A stretch of 64,000 nt of DNA from Polyangiaceae bacterium (GTDB lineage Bacteria; Myxococcota_A; Polyangia; Polyangiales; Polyangiaceae): contig CBDCTZ010000015.1 of assembly GCA_965222375.1 (NCBI GenBank), forward strand, positions 512,001 through 576,000, in the 5' to 3' direction. The translations under genes and the position numbers were made by a program. The notes beneath the pieces are model-generated. The model made no database searches, was not told the origin of the DNA, and saw nothing but the letters and a program-made list of their open reading frames with translations. Shown piece after piece: positions 29,054 to 38,897 of this stretch; the stretch's first letter is position 1; each line of letters begins with the position of its first letter.

Positions 29054-31114
29054 ATGGCTCGTCGGATTTCAGCGCGGAGCGCTGTGGTTCTTCTGGGGGT
29101 GACCGTTGGTTTCGTTGCTTGCGGAGACGAGGCCGCCAGCGACGGGAAGCATGGCGTAGATGCATCTGTTGATGGCTCACACTCGGACGCTTCAAGAGAT
29201 GCCTTCAGTGATACCGGGACCGACGGCAGCGTTGACAGTGGTGTTGATAGTTTCATTCCGCCGGTGAGCGAAGTGCCTCTCCTGCACAGCTTCCGCATCC
29301 AGCCGGGCGAGCTGACGCGGGTCTACTTTGACAGTTCGGTGAGCCTTGGCGGGTCTTCCGTTGTGGGCTTCAAGATCGCTGGACACAAGCTAACGGCTCT
29401 TTCCGTAGCCCCAGCAAAGACCACGGGACACTACTTCACCGTGACGCCGGCGTTCGACTACTGGTCCAACAACGCCATCGAGTATGTCGGTGGCGGAGAC
29501 GTCCAGAGCAGCAGCGGCGAGGAGCTCCCGCCCTTTACTTTGAGCTACATCGAAAACCAACTCACCATCAAGGAAGGCACGGCCAAAGTCATCTATGTAA
29601 ACGCGGCGGTTTCGAAGTCGGGAGACGGTTCGTCCGAAGCCAAAGCCTTCAAGACCTTGAACGAGGGTCTTGTGGCGCTTCCAAGTGGAGGTGGCGGGAA
29701 GATTTGGGTGAAAGTAGGCACGTATTCCGAGGGCGAGCTGAGTGGTGGGGGCTCCGGAAAGACCGACAATCCTCAAGTCATTGAGGGCTACAAGTCGACG
29801 CCCGGCGACATCACTACGCTCTACTACAAGTATGATGTGGCGAAAAAGGACAAGCCCTTGAGTCCATCAGAGATGCCGCTCTTTGTTGGGCCTGGTCGCG
29901 ACAACGGCGTCTTCTACGACCTCGGGGGCGACAGCTATCGGATCTTTCGCAACATTCAAGTCACCGAGTATCGACGAGGTATTCGCTCTGCGACGGTGAA
30001 GGGCTTCGTCGGCGAACGCTTGCTATTCAAAGACATCGGTTCCCTTACGGTGGCCAACGGTTTGGCTTTGCTATTCCAGAGTGCGACGACGGACTCTCAG
30101 GGAATTCGGCTCAGGGATTCTACAGTGGTCAATGCGTCGGGTTTGGGCATGTTCATGGCCGGGCAGCATGGGCTCATCGACAATTGTCGCGTCTATTGCA
30201 ACCAGGCCCCTGGGGGCAAGTCCGACGTCAAGGCGACCACCGATTACTACTTCAATGTCCGGGGAAGCGACAACGTTATTCGACGCTCTTTGGCCTATAA
30301 GGACACTCCCAACGGCGACGGACACTTGGGTCATGGTTTTGCTCTGAAAGGGAACGACCACCCCACCGAACGCAATCTTCTTGAGAAGAACACATCGGTT
30401 GGGATCTACGGGGCGTTCGAATTTCGTCACCCCAAGGTTCAATACAACGTGCTCAAAGACAGCGTGTCCCACGCAGATATTCCCAACCGCCGACCCAGCA
30501 AACAGGGCACCGCAGGGATCAACTTCTTACAGGGTGCAGCCAACAACCTTAGCGAACGCGTTTTCATTCATCACGTCGATGCCGGCATCCTTTTTGGAGA
30601 CAACGCCGAGGATAGTACTCATGTTTCCGGCGCCAATAACGTTGTTCGCAATACCATCATCAGCGATGTGCGTGAGGTTGTTGTTAGTGGCAATGTGAGC
30701 GGTGCCGCCACGAACCCGAGCAAGAACCGCTTCGAGTATATGACCGTGCACCGTGCGGACTACTTGTTCCGGGTTGTGCCCAGCCAGCCCGTGAACTTCA
30801 AAGACAACATCTGGGCAAACACTATCTTCAGTGAGATCAAGCAGCGCGACGATCCTGACAACCCCGCCGCCGTCAGTGGCTGGGCCTTCGAAAGCTCTTT
30901 GTTCCACAACACTGGGTTCACAGCGTCCGGAAGTGGGACAGTGAGCGGGGATCCCTTATTTGTCGACTCGGCGAAGAGCGATTTTCGTCTCAAGGTGGGT
31001 AGCCCCGCCATCGACACCGGCAAGCTTGTTGGTGGCGTGTGGCGTGACTACGCGCTGTTTCCGCGGCCTCAGGGGAACGGGCCCGACATCGGAGCTTTCG
31101 AAACACAACCGTAG
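29054..31114 (+). CDS. Right-handed beta-helix lipoprotein, paralog of 26787..28805
   Basis: Lipobox FVA-C; YVNAA..SGDGSS; DPLFVD...DFRL..GSPAIDTG...PDIGAFE tail. Confidence 0.82.
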   Translation: MARRISARSAVVLLGVTVGFVACGDEAASDGKHGVDASVDGSHSDASRDAFSDTGTDGSVDSGVDSFIPPVSEVPLLHSFRIQPGELTRVYFDSSVSLGGSSVVGFKIAGHKLTALSVAPAKTTGHYFTVTPAFDYWSNNAIEYVGGGDVQSSSGEELPPFTLSYIENQLTIKEGTAKVIYVNAAVSKSGDGSSEAKAFKTLNEGLVALPSGGGGKIWVKVGTYSEGELSGGGSGKTDNPQVIEGYKSTPGDITTLYYKYDVAKKDKPLSPSEMPLFVGPGRDNGVFYDLGGDSYRIFRNIQVTEYRRGIRSATVKGFVGERLLFKDIGSLTVANGLALLFQSATTDSQGIRLRDSTVVNASGLGMFMAGQHGLIDNCRVYCNQAPGGKSDVKATTDYYFNVRGSDNVIRRSLAYKDTPNGDGHLGHGFALKGNDHPTERNLLEKNTSVGIYGAFEFRHPKVQYNVLKDSVSHADIPNRRPSKQGTAGINFLQGAANNLSERVFIHHVDAGILFGDNAEDSTHVSGANNVVRNTIISDVREVVVSGNVSGAATNPSKNRFEYMTVHRADYLFRVVPSQPVNFKDNIWANTIFSEIKQRDDPDNPAAVSGWAFESSLFHNTGFTASGSGTVSGDPLFVDSAKSDFRLKVGSPAIDTGKLVGGVWRDYALFPRPQGNGPDIGAFETQP

Positions 31115-31372
31115 CTTTTGGCGCCACGAAGTAATGGCGTCACGCTGCAGGAACTCAGACGCGGCTAGCGACACCGGAAACACGGCTGGCTCTCTAGGAA
31201 CCCCGCCGAAGCTTGCGTTGCCAGCGGTGTGAGCGCTGAGGCGCGGCAACCCGACGAATCGCTATCGGGCACCGCCCGATTCAAGAGCCGACCCAGAATC
31301 CCTGCGCGTGATAGGGACACCGACACGCCCTGAGCGCAACCTGCACTCGGCACCCCACAGCGAGGAGGCCCG

Positions 31373-31516
31373 ACGGATGGCGAGCTCCAGCGGATCGCCC
31401 ACAGTGACGGCTCCGTCAAACAGATCCCCATGCCCACGGCGGTTCACGATGTGGCTCTCACCAGCGCCTACGTGGTGGTCGGTACGCACGATTCCGTCCT
31501 TCGGCTTAAGAAGTAG
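31373..31516 (+). pseudogene. Orphan 3' gene fragment
   Basis: TDGELQRIAHSDGSVKQIPMPTAVHDVALTSAYVVVGTHDSVLRLKK* reads like a propeller C-terminal blade but has an upstream in-frame stop and no plausible 5' end. Confidence 0.4.
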
Positions 31517-31723
31517 CCGGATTACACGAAGCTGCTGAGGTAGGAGATTTCTTCCTGGGACTTCTCGTTGCCCGGTCGAGGCGCGTTGGAACTCCCTCCT
31601 GCCAAGTCCATCAGATCCCAGGATAGCCGAGTCGAATCGTCGATAGCCTGCGCAAAGTGGACGTCGGGTTGATTGGCGATTGACTGAATGTGCGGCGGCG
31701 ACGCCGCATCGGAGGTGCGCACG

Positions 31724-32596
31724 ATGCTACAGCTGCAGATTTTGGGTCGCTTGGTCTTGGTGGGTTCGATCGGCGTTGGGTTGGCCATCTCAGGCTGCTC
31801 ATCGAGCGCTTCTGGTGGTAGTAGCGGAGCTACCGGGGGGAGCGGCGCTGGCGCAGGTAGCGGGGCGTTCGCGGGAAGTGGCGCGTCGGCTGGAAGCGGA
31901 GGCGCTGGCGCCACTGGCGGAAGCACCGCCACTGGCGGGAGCGCCGGCACTGGCGCGACCGCCGGAACCGGTGGCAGCGGCGGCCCGGAGATCTGCAACA
32001 ACGGCGTCGAGGACAATGGGAATGGCTACAAGGACTGCGATGACGCGGACTGCTTCAGCGACGCCGCATGTATTGCAGCGGACCTATCCAATCAGAAGAT
32101 GCCGGGATACACCCTCTGCGGCAAACTGGTTGGCTTCACCAACGTCGACTCGGACCAGGTCTGCCAAGACTACGCGCTGTCCGCCTTTCCGACTTACGCG
32201 TCGAAGTGCCAGTACGCCACCTATGAAGGCACCATTACGTTCTATTGCGCGCCGACGAAAGACGCAATTAGCGTGCGTTATGTGGTCAAGACTCAGGTCC
32301 CCATCGAGATGGTCAACGGCAAGTCCGTGATTTGGGAAAACCTCGGCGGCGAATACCGGTTTTCGAGCGGTGGTGGCTCCACCGCGGGCCCGTTGCATAG
32401 CGTTTCGGAAATTGTCGGCAAGTCTTCACTTCACGAACACTTCGTCGGCTACGAAAAACTTGCTGTGAAGTCGGACACCAAAGGCACACTCCAGGAGTGG
32501 TTCGCTCTGTGGACTCTCACGGGTTCCACGCCACCACAAGTTGCCGGGGGCTTTTCCGTGGAGATTGACGCTGCGGCGTTATTCGGCGGCAGCTGA
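31724..32596 (+). CDS. Lipoprotein with Gly linker and EIC.NG.DD.GNG..DC.D.DC metal-binding repeat
   Basis: GGAGG RBS; lipobox ISG-C; EICNNGVEDNGNGYKDCDDADC. Confidence 0.78.
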   Translation: MLQLQILGRLVLVGSIGVGLAISGCSSSASGGSSGATGGSGAGAGSGAFAGSGASAGSGGAGATGGSTATGGSAGTGATAGTGGSGGPEICNNGVEDNGNGYKDCDDADCFSDAACIAADLSNQKMPGYTLCGKLVGFTNVDSDQVCQDYALSAFPTYASKCQYATYEGTITFYCAPTKDAISVRYVVKTQVPIEMVNGKSVIWENLGGEYRFSSGGGSTAGPLHSVSEIVGKSSLHEHFVGYEKLAVKSDTKGTLQEWFALWTLTGSTPPQVAGGFSVEIDAAALFGGS

Positions 32597-33005
32597 TCCC
32601 AACCGGGGGGCGCCGTCGGCGGGGGCGGAGGCTAGTGCCCCGCGGCTCCAAGGAGGCATGGCTCCGGAAATCCCGAATCACCCGCGGAAATTGTCCGAAA
32701 CCGTTGCTTGCCCAGCCTCGGAGCTCTTGGACGCATAGCTGGGATGTCGGCACGCATGTCAGCGACGAAGGGTAGCGGGTTTCCCTATCTCGTGCTCGAG
32801 CGGCTCGATGACAAGGCGCTGGACTCCCACTTCAACAACAGTGTAGTCGGCGCAACGGCCAACACCGGGCCCAACCAAACAACCCTTTGGAGCCAGGGAT
32901 GAGCCTACTCCGAGCTTGTCAGCCTCGCTCGATGGCACGCATCGACGCCAGGCCTTTCTTGTGAACGTTCTGAGGGCGTCGCAGCGCACTAGCTAATGCG
33001 ACAAC

Positions 33006-33596
33006 TCAGCGCGCCAGCCCCGGTTCCGTTATATTCGGATTCGTCAAGGAGGTCAGGATGTGGTCGCGCCACTTGCCTGCGATGAACAGATAGTCTCGTG
33101 CCTGGCCCTCCACGCAAAATCCCAGTCGCTCCAGGGTCCGTGCGGAACGCTGGTTGGCGGGAATGTATGCCGCCTCGATCCGATGTAGCGCGAGGCGACC
33201 GAATGCGAATTCGATCGCGGCCGCCAGGGCCTCGGACATCAGCCCCTGACCCTCGTAGGTGTGCGCAACGCCGTAGCCGAGGTTGCATGCTTGGGCAGCT
33301 CCGCGGCGGATCTCCGTGAAGGCGACGTTGCCGATGATCTCCTCGCTGTCGGATAGGGACATGAGCAGGCGCAACGAACGGTCCTCCAGATACTCGGCGC
33401 GATTGGCCGCAAGCCGAAGCCTCCAGAACTCTTCGGTGTAGTAGCCCGGGGGAGCCGGTGGCGACCAAGGTGCCAAATGCTCCTTGTTTTCCCAATAGTA
33501 CTTGAGCACCGCCTTGGCTTCAGCGGGCGCGGGCAGGTAGAGCCTGAGCCGGGCGGGGCGGATCTCGACCGGCGAGGGACTCGTGTCTTCTCCCAT
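33006..33596 (-). CDS. rimJ: RimJ-like GNAT N-acetyltransferase
   Basis: N.EHL.PW.P, LGY...GQGLMSEAL, LHRIEA...P.N.RS...L.RLGF..EG.AR.YL.I.GKW.DH.L. Confidence 0.85.
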   Translation of the reverse strand: MGEDTSPSPVEIRPARLRLYLPAPAEAKAVLKYYWENKEHLAPWSPPAPPGYYTEEFWRLRLAANRAEYLEDRSLRLLMSLSDSEEIIGNVAFTEIRRGAAQACNLGYGVAHTYEGQGLMSEALAAAIEFAFGRLALHRIEAAYIPANQRSARTLERLGFCVEGQARDYLFIAGKWRDHILTSLTNPNITEPGLAR

Positions 33597-33670
33597 GGGA
33601 TCTGAAGACGGGGCAGCCATGAATGAACGAGAGTGCCACAATAGTTCCAGCGCGCGATATGCTGCGGGAG

Positions 33671-35137
33671 ATGAAGGCCTCTGGAGCGTTGCGCGGCACG
33701 ATGCAGGGCATCCTCGACGCCGCTCAGAGCAGTCACAACGTCGATTTCGCCGAGATGCGCTTCTTGGACAGCGAGATCGAACGCATCCGGATCCGAGACG
33801 GCGCGGCTGAGTTTCTCGGTGCGCACCGGGAGAGCGGAGTCGGGATCCGCGTCCTGATCGCCGGCGCGTGGGGCTTCGCTTGCACCAGTCGGCTATCGGA
33901 AGCTTCCCTCGCAACCACGATGGCGGAAGCGGCGCGGATTGCGAAAGCCAGCGCGCGGGTGATGCGCACGCCGGCGCGCTTTGCAGCACAGACCGGCGAG
34001 CGAGGCAGCTACCGCACGCCGCTGACCCAGGATCCCTTCTCCATTTCTTTGGAACGCAAGTTCGCGGATTTGGAGCAAGCGGAACGCGCGCTGCGCGCCG
34101 GCGACGGCCCCGTGAGGTCTACGGAAGCCTGGATGACCTGGACGCGTCTCGAGAAACTGTTGCTCACCACGGAAGGCACCGACGTCAACCAACACTTCAC
34201 CTACGGGGACGTGGGCATGTTGTTGCTAGCCGTGGCAGGCGATGGTCGCTCCCAGCGACGCTCGTTTCCATCGGTCCCTGGAGCCTCGGGTTTTCAGGCT
34301 GGTTACGAGCGGGTGGCGGAGCTGCACCTATCCGCAAACGCGGAGCGGATCCGAAATGAAGCCTTGGAACTGCTCAAGGCTCCGGTCTGCCCAGAAGGGC
34401 GCCGAGACATCATCTTGGCCTCGGATCAATTGGCTCTACAGATCCATGAATCCTGCGGTCACCCGACGGAATTGGATCGTGCCTTGGGGCAGGAAATTAC
34501 CTTGGCCGGCGGTTCCTTTCTACGACCCGAACAACTCGGAAAGCTTCAATACGGCTCCAAGATCGTCACTCTGACCGCGGATTCCACGGCCACAGCCGGA
34601 ATGGGCACCTTCGGCTGGGATGACGAAGGCATGGCTGCACGCTCGTCACCGCTGATCCAAGAAGGCGTGTTCGTCGACTACCTTTCGTCCCGGGAAACAG
34701 CGGCGGAAATCGGCAAGGTGTCCACCGCAACCGTACGAGCGGAGAGCTGGAATCGCCTGCCCATGATTCGCATGGTCAATGTATCCTTGGCCCCACGCCG
34801 AGGTCGCCTGGAAGACCTGATCGCCGATACGAAAGACGGCATCCTACTTCAGTCGAACCAGAGTTGGAGCATCGACGATTTTCGACTCAACTTTCAGTTC
34901 TCGACGGAGATCGCCTGGGAGATCAAGAACGGCAAGCGAACACGTTTACTGCGCGACGCCCGCTACACCGGAATCACCCCAGAGTTCTGGAACAGCTGCG
35001 ACGAGATCTGCGGCCCCGAGGACGCGAAGCTGTGGGGGTTTTCCAATTGTGGCAAAGGCGATCCGGTGCAGATCATGCATGTGGGCCACGGAGCCCCGCC
35101 TGCGCGCTTTCGCGCCGTGGAGGTTGGGCACACGTGA
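33671..35137 (+). CDS. tldD: TldD metalloprotease subunit
   Basis: HESCGH zinc motif, DDEG, RM.N, C-terminal CGKG.P.Q...VGHG; start uncertain (33623-33701). Confidence 0.88.
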   Translation: MKASGALRGTMQGILDAAQSSHNVDFAEMRFLDSEIERIRIRDGAAEFLGAHRESGVGIRVLIAGAWGFACTSRLSEASLATTMAEAARIAKASARVMRTPARFAAQTGERGSYRTPLTQDPFSISLERKFADLEQAERALRAGDGPVRSTEAWMTWTRLEKLLLTTEGTDVNQHFTYGDVGMLLLAVAGDGRSQRRSFPSVPGASGFQAGYERVAELHLSANAERIRNEALELLKAPVCPEGRRDIILASDQLALQIHESCGHPTELDRALGQEITLAGGSFLRPEQLGKLQYGSKIVTLTADSTATAGMGTFGWDDEGMAARSSPLIQEGVFVDYLSSRETAAEIGKVSTATVRAESWNRLPMIRMVNVSLAPRRGRLEDLIADTKDGILLQSNQSWSIDDFRLNFQFSTEIAWEIKNGKRTRLLRDARYTGITPEFWNSCDEICGPEDAKLWGFSNCGKGDPVQIMHVGHGAPPARFRAVEVGHT

Positions 35138-36501
35138 GCGCCGATGAGTTGGCCGAGCTCCTGAGCTCCGCCCTGAAGCGGGCGGGGGAGCCCGACGCGG
35201 ACGTCATGGCCGTCGACCAGGACCGCGGTTTCGCGCGCTTCGCCGACGGAACCTTGTCCCAGCACATGTCGCTATCGGAACCTCGAGTCAACGTTCGGGT
35301 TGCGCGGGGCAAGCGAGTCGCAGAAGTCAGCGTCGGAAAGTGCGACGAAGACGCCGTGGTCGAGGCGATCGCCAAAGCAGCCGGCCTTGCCTCGAAGATG
35401 CCTGAAGACGAGCACTTTCCCGGTTTTTCGTCGGGGGACGAGCCCTGCCCGACGCCGCGGCAGGCGCCCGCCGCGGAGATGTCTGCAGAAGCTCGTGCGG
35501 CAAAGCTGGAGCAGCCCGTTGCTCGCATCATCAAGCGCGGTCTTTCAGCGACGGGCGCCCTGGAGACGCGGACGGCGAGTCACGCTGTCGTCAACACACG
35601 TGGGCTGCGCCGCTCCCACCGTTCGACCTACGCCAACTACCGGATTTGGGCACTGGAAACGGCCGGTGGGCGCGGAGCCTCCGGCTTCGCCCAGAGCGTC
35701 GGTCCCGACTTGGACTGTCTCGATCTGGAAACCACCACGGATTGCGCAATCGATGATGCGCAGCGCTCGAAGTCGCCGATCTCGCTTGAACCTGCTGCCT
35801 ACGATGTAGTGTTGGCGCCAGACGCGGTGGCCGAGCTTTTCGAGTGGATGGCCTTCATTGCCTTCGGCGCGGAAAGTCTTCAGCAAGGCACGAGCCCACT
35901 TGCGGAAAAGCTCGGCGAGACCATTAGTGGTGCCAGCTTGAGTGTCGAAGAGGACCCACATGGCGATCTCTCCTACGCGACACCCTTTGACCGCGAAGGC
36001 ACTCCACGCCAGCACGTGGACCTCATCGACGCGGGTGTAGCGCGGGGCGTCGTGACGGACCGAAGGTGGGCCGCGCGTCTGGATGGTGCTTCCACGGGAC
36101 ACGCCCCCTGGCCGAGCCTGTTGGATAGCGGCGCACCCCAGCCGTCAGCCATGGTCCTCGGGGAAGGGACCGAGAGCGACGTAAAACAACTGATCGGGCA
36201 CATGAAGCGGGGCCTGTTCCTCCGGCGCCTTCACTATGTGAACGGCCTGTTGGAAACGCGACGAGCGGTCATGACTGGGCTATCGCGAGACGGAACGTTT
36301 CTGGTCGAAAACGGCGAGATCACGGCAGCAGTGCACCCTCTGCGCTTCACGGACAGCGTGTTGGAGGCCTTCGCGCGTGGAGCGCTGTCCTGTCGTCGCC
36401 GCGAGGTGATTCCTCCGCGTTGGTCGGATGGCGGAACCGTCGCGTGCCCGGCCGTACTGCTGCCCAAGCTGAGTTTCACCGGCACCACGGCAACGAGTTG
36501 A
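35134..36501 (+). CDS. TldE/PmbA-like partner subunit
   Basis: GTGA overlap with the tldD stop; FD.EG, TGHA, F.VENGEI motifs; no HExxxH. Confidence 0.82.
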   Translation: MSADELAELLSSALKRAGEPDADVMAVDQDRGFARFADGTLSQHMSLSEPRVNVRVARGKRVAEVSVGKCDEDAVVEAIAKAAGLASKMPEDEHFPGFSSGDEPCPTPRQAPAAEMSAEARAAKLEQPVARIIKRGLSATGALETRTASHAVVNTRGLRRSHRSTYANYRIWALETAGGRGASGFAQSVGPDLDCLDLETTTDCAIDDAQRSKSPISLEPAAYDVVLAPDAVAELFEWMAFIAFGAESLQQGTSPLAEKLGETISGASLSVEEDPHGDLSYATPFDREGTPRQHVDLIDAGVARGVVTDRRWAARLDGASTGHAPWPSLLDSGAPQPSAMVLGEGTESDVKQLIGHMKRGLFLRRLHYVNGLLETRRAVMTGLSRDGTFLVENGEITAAVHPLRFTDSVLEAFARGALSCRRREVIPPRWSDGGTVACPAVLLPKLSFTGTTATS

Positions 36502-36594
36502 CGCCGCACCAAATCCGGCCAGCACGTCACTTCGTATAGCGCGCAAAGCGTACCCAAACGTATGCGCAAAAGGTGATAGTCTGCGAAGTTCCCC

Positions 36595-37377
36595 ATGCCG
36601 AAAGACCGCACGCGCTGGACATTCTCAGCGGACGATTTCAACGCCGCCACACGGGCGGGCCAGCAGCCGGGGCCGAGATCGACACGCACAATCACAGCCG
36701 ACGATCTCGACGTGTTCTTCCAACCCATCGTGTCGATGAAAACCGGCAAGCTGTGGGCCACGGAAGCCCTGGTGCGCTGCAAGTGGCCTGAGTACGAGAA
36801 CCCCTTGGAGCTCTTCGAAACGGCCGAACGTGAGCGTGCCTGTGGGCGGCTAGGGCGCCCGATCCGTGAGGTTGCCATCAGTCGGGCTGCTGGCGCGCGA
36901 CTGTTCTTGAACATTCACCCGGAAGAGCTGAGCTCCCGATGGTTGGTGCGCCCGGACGATCCCTTGACCTACCATGAGGGGGAACTCTTTCTGGAAATCA
37001 CGGAATCTGCCGCCTTCGAATACTTCGACCTATGCCGCAGCGTGCTGCGTGAAGTTTGCTTGCGCACTTCCGCAAACCTCGTGGTGGACGACCTGGGAGC
37101 GGGACACTCCAATCTGCGCCGGGTACTCGATCTCGAGCCCGCCGTGGTCAAGCTGGATCGGGAGCTGATCCGTGAAATCGACAAGAGCCGTCGTCAGTTC
37201 GTACTCGTCAAAGCGGTGGTGGATCTGTGTAAAGACCTTGGCGCTCAGGTCGTCTGTGAGGGCATTGAAACCATCGACGAGTTGAAGGCTGTGCGCGACA
37301 CCGGCGCGGATTATGCCCAGGGCTACCTCGTGGCTCGCCCGGGCTACCCCGCGCCGGCCGTAAATTGGCCGCTTTAA
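36595..37377 (+). CDS. Stand-alone EAL-domain c-di-GMP phosphodiesterase
   Basis: FQPIV, EAL, N, EITE, DDLGAG, KLD, EGIE, QGY motifs present. Confidence 0.9.
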   Translation: MPKDRTRWTFSADDFNAATRAGQQPGPRSTRTITADDLDVFFQPIVSMKTGKLWATEALVRCKWPEYENPLELFETAERERACGRLGRPIREVAISRAAGARLFLNIHPEELSSRWLVRPDDPLTYHEGELFLEITESAAFEYFDLCRSVLREVCLRTSANLVVDDLGAGHSNLRRVLDLEPAVVKLDRELIREIDKSRRQFVLVKAVVDLCKDLGAQVVCEGIETIDELKAVRDTGADYAQGYLVARPGYPAPAVNWPL

Positions 37378-37449
37378 TAGGCAGATCCCAGATCCTGCGC
37401 TTGTAAGCAGCTTGACGGATGCGGCGCAGAGCGAAAGGATCAAGCGGGC

Positions 37450-38886
37450 ATGAATTCGCGTGGGACTGACTTGGCAGCGAGGGCGCGGGAACGCCTTGGC
37501 CGAGTGCTACGCGGCAAGTGGACGTTGGACGAACTGCTGGGGCTCGGCGGCATGGCGGCGGTGTATGCGGCCACCCATCGAAACGGCAACCGCGTCGCCA
37601 TCAAGATCCTCGAGCCCGAAGCCGCGACGGTCAAAGACGTCCGCACTCGATTCCTGCGAGAAGGATACCTGGCGAACCAGGTGGAACACCCTGGGGCAGT
37701 CTCGATTCAAGACGACGACATGGACGAAGACGGCACACCGTTCTTGGTCATGGAGCTCTTGGACGGACAAAGCCTCGACTCCCGTTGGCAGGCCGAGGGC
37801 AAGCTGCCGTGGCAAGACGCCTTGCTCATCGCCCACGGGGTGCTCGACGTTTTGGCAGCCGCCCAAGAAAAGGGCATCGTGCATCGGGACCTGAAGCCCG
37901 GCAACGTATTCATCGAGCGCACTGGCAGTATCAAAGTGCTGGACTTCGGCATCGCCCGGTTGACCCAAAAGGGATTCCGCCCAGGTAGCACCGGCTACGA
38001 CACGGCGCTTGGGACTCCTGGGTTCATTTCCCCAGAGCAGGCTCGCGGTCGCTGGGACGAGGTCGATGGCAAGAGTGACGTGTTTTCCGTGGGCGCAACC
38101 ATGTTTGCGATCCTGTCCGGAAGGCACGTACATGAGGCGGAAACCTCCAACGAGCAGTTTGCTCTGGCGATGACAGAAAAGGCGCCGCCCATGGCGGAGG
38201 TTGCACCCGAAGTGCCGTCGGAGGTCTGTGCGATCGTGGATCGCGCGCTGCAGTATGACAAAGAACTGCGCTGGGAAGACGCCAACGGCATGCTCGCGGC
38301 GGTGACCGCGGCCTACAAGGAGTTGGTGGGCGAAGAACTCAAGCCCGCGCCGCGCTCCGCGACGTCAGCGCAGCGCCCTTCGAGAGACGTTGCCCTGGAC
38401 GCGCCAACCATGGCGGCGGATACCACCCACGACCGCAAGACCACGACCCGCCCCGTCTCGAACGGCGAAGCGCTGAAAGAAGGCTCGTCCCGCCGCGTGT
38501 TGGCAGGGGCAGCCGTCATCCTGCTCCTCGGCGTCGGAGGGTTTGCTGCGGTCAGCGCCAGCGGGGGTTCCACCGCGAGCGATCCGGCGCCATCCGCAGC
38601 AGGGGGCGCCAGCGAACCCGCGACGGAGCTGGCGCCAGTCACAGCCCCGCCGGCCCCATCGGCAGCCCCCAGCCAACTGCCGGAAGCGGCCACCACGGCC
38701 GCGTCATCGGACCAGCCGACACCGGTCGCCGAAAAGCCACCCGAACGGCCAAAATCCGAGTCCCCGTCGAAGAAATCCAAGCCCAAAAGTGCGCCAGTTT
38801 CTTCCCAATCCGGGGCGTCCGGGGCGCCGAGCACGCCCGCTGCCGTGGGTTCTTCGCCCATCGATATCTTCACTCGACGGAAATAG
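37450..38886 (+). CDS. Membrane Ser/Thr (Hanks-type) protein kinase
   Basis: GLGGMA, VAIK, HRDLKPGN, DFG, GTPGFISPE; TM segment and Pro-rich tail. Confidence 0.95.
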   Translation: MNSRGTDLAARARERLGRVLRGKWTLDELLGLGGMAAVYAATHRNGNRVAIKILEPEAATVKDVRTRFLREGYLANQVEHPGAVSIQDDDMDEDGTPFLVMELLDGQSLDSRWQAEGKLPWQDALLIAHGVLDVLAAAQEKGIVHRDLKPGNVFIERTGSIKVLDFGIARLTQKGFRPGSTGYDTALGTPGFISPEQARGRWDEVDGKSDVFSVGATMFAILSGRHVHEAETSNEQFALAMTEKAPPMAEVAPEVPSEVCAIVDRALQYDKELRWEDANGMLAAVTAAYKELVGEELKPAPRSATSAQRPSRDVALDAPTMAADTTHDRKTTTRPVSNGEALKEGSSRRVLAGAAVILLLGVGGFAAVSASGGSTASDPAPSAAGGASEPATELAPVTAPPAPSAAPSQLPEAATTAASSDQPTPVAEKPPERPKSESPSKKSKPKSAPVSSQSGASGAPSTPAAVGSSPIDIFTRRK

Positions 38887-38897
38887 CTCGCAATACT

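Noticed and set aside
33671..36501. RiPP biosynthetic cluster around tldD/E
   Set aside because: No precursor peptide, YcaO, radical SAM or exporter adjacent
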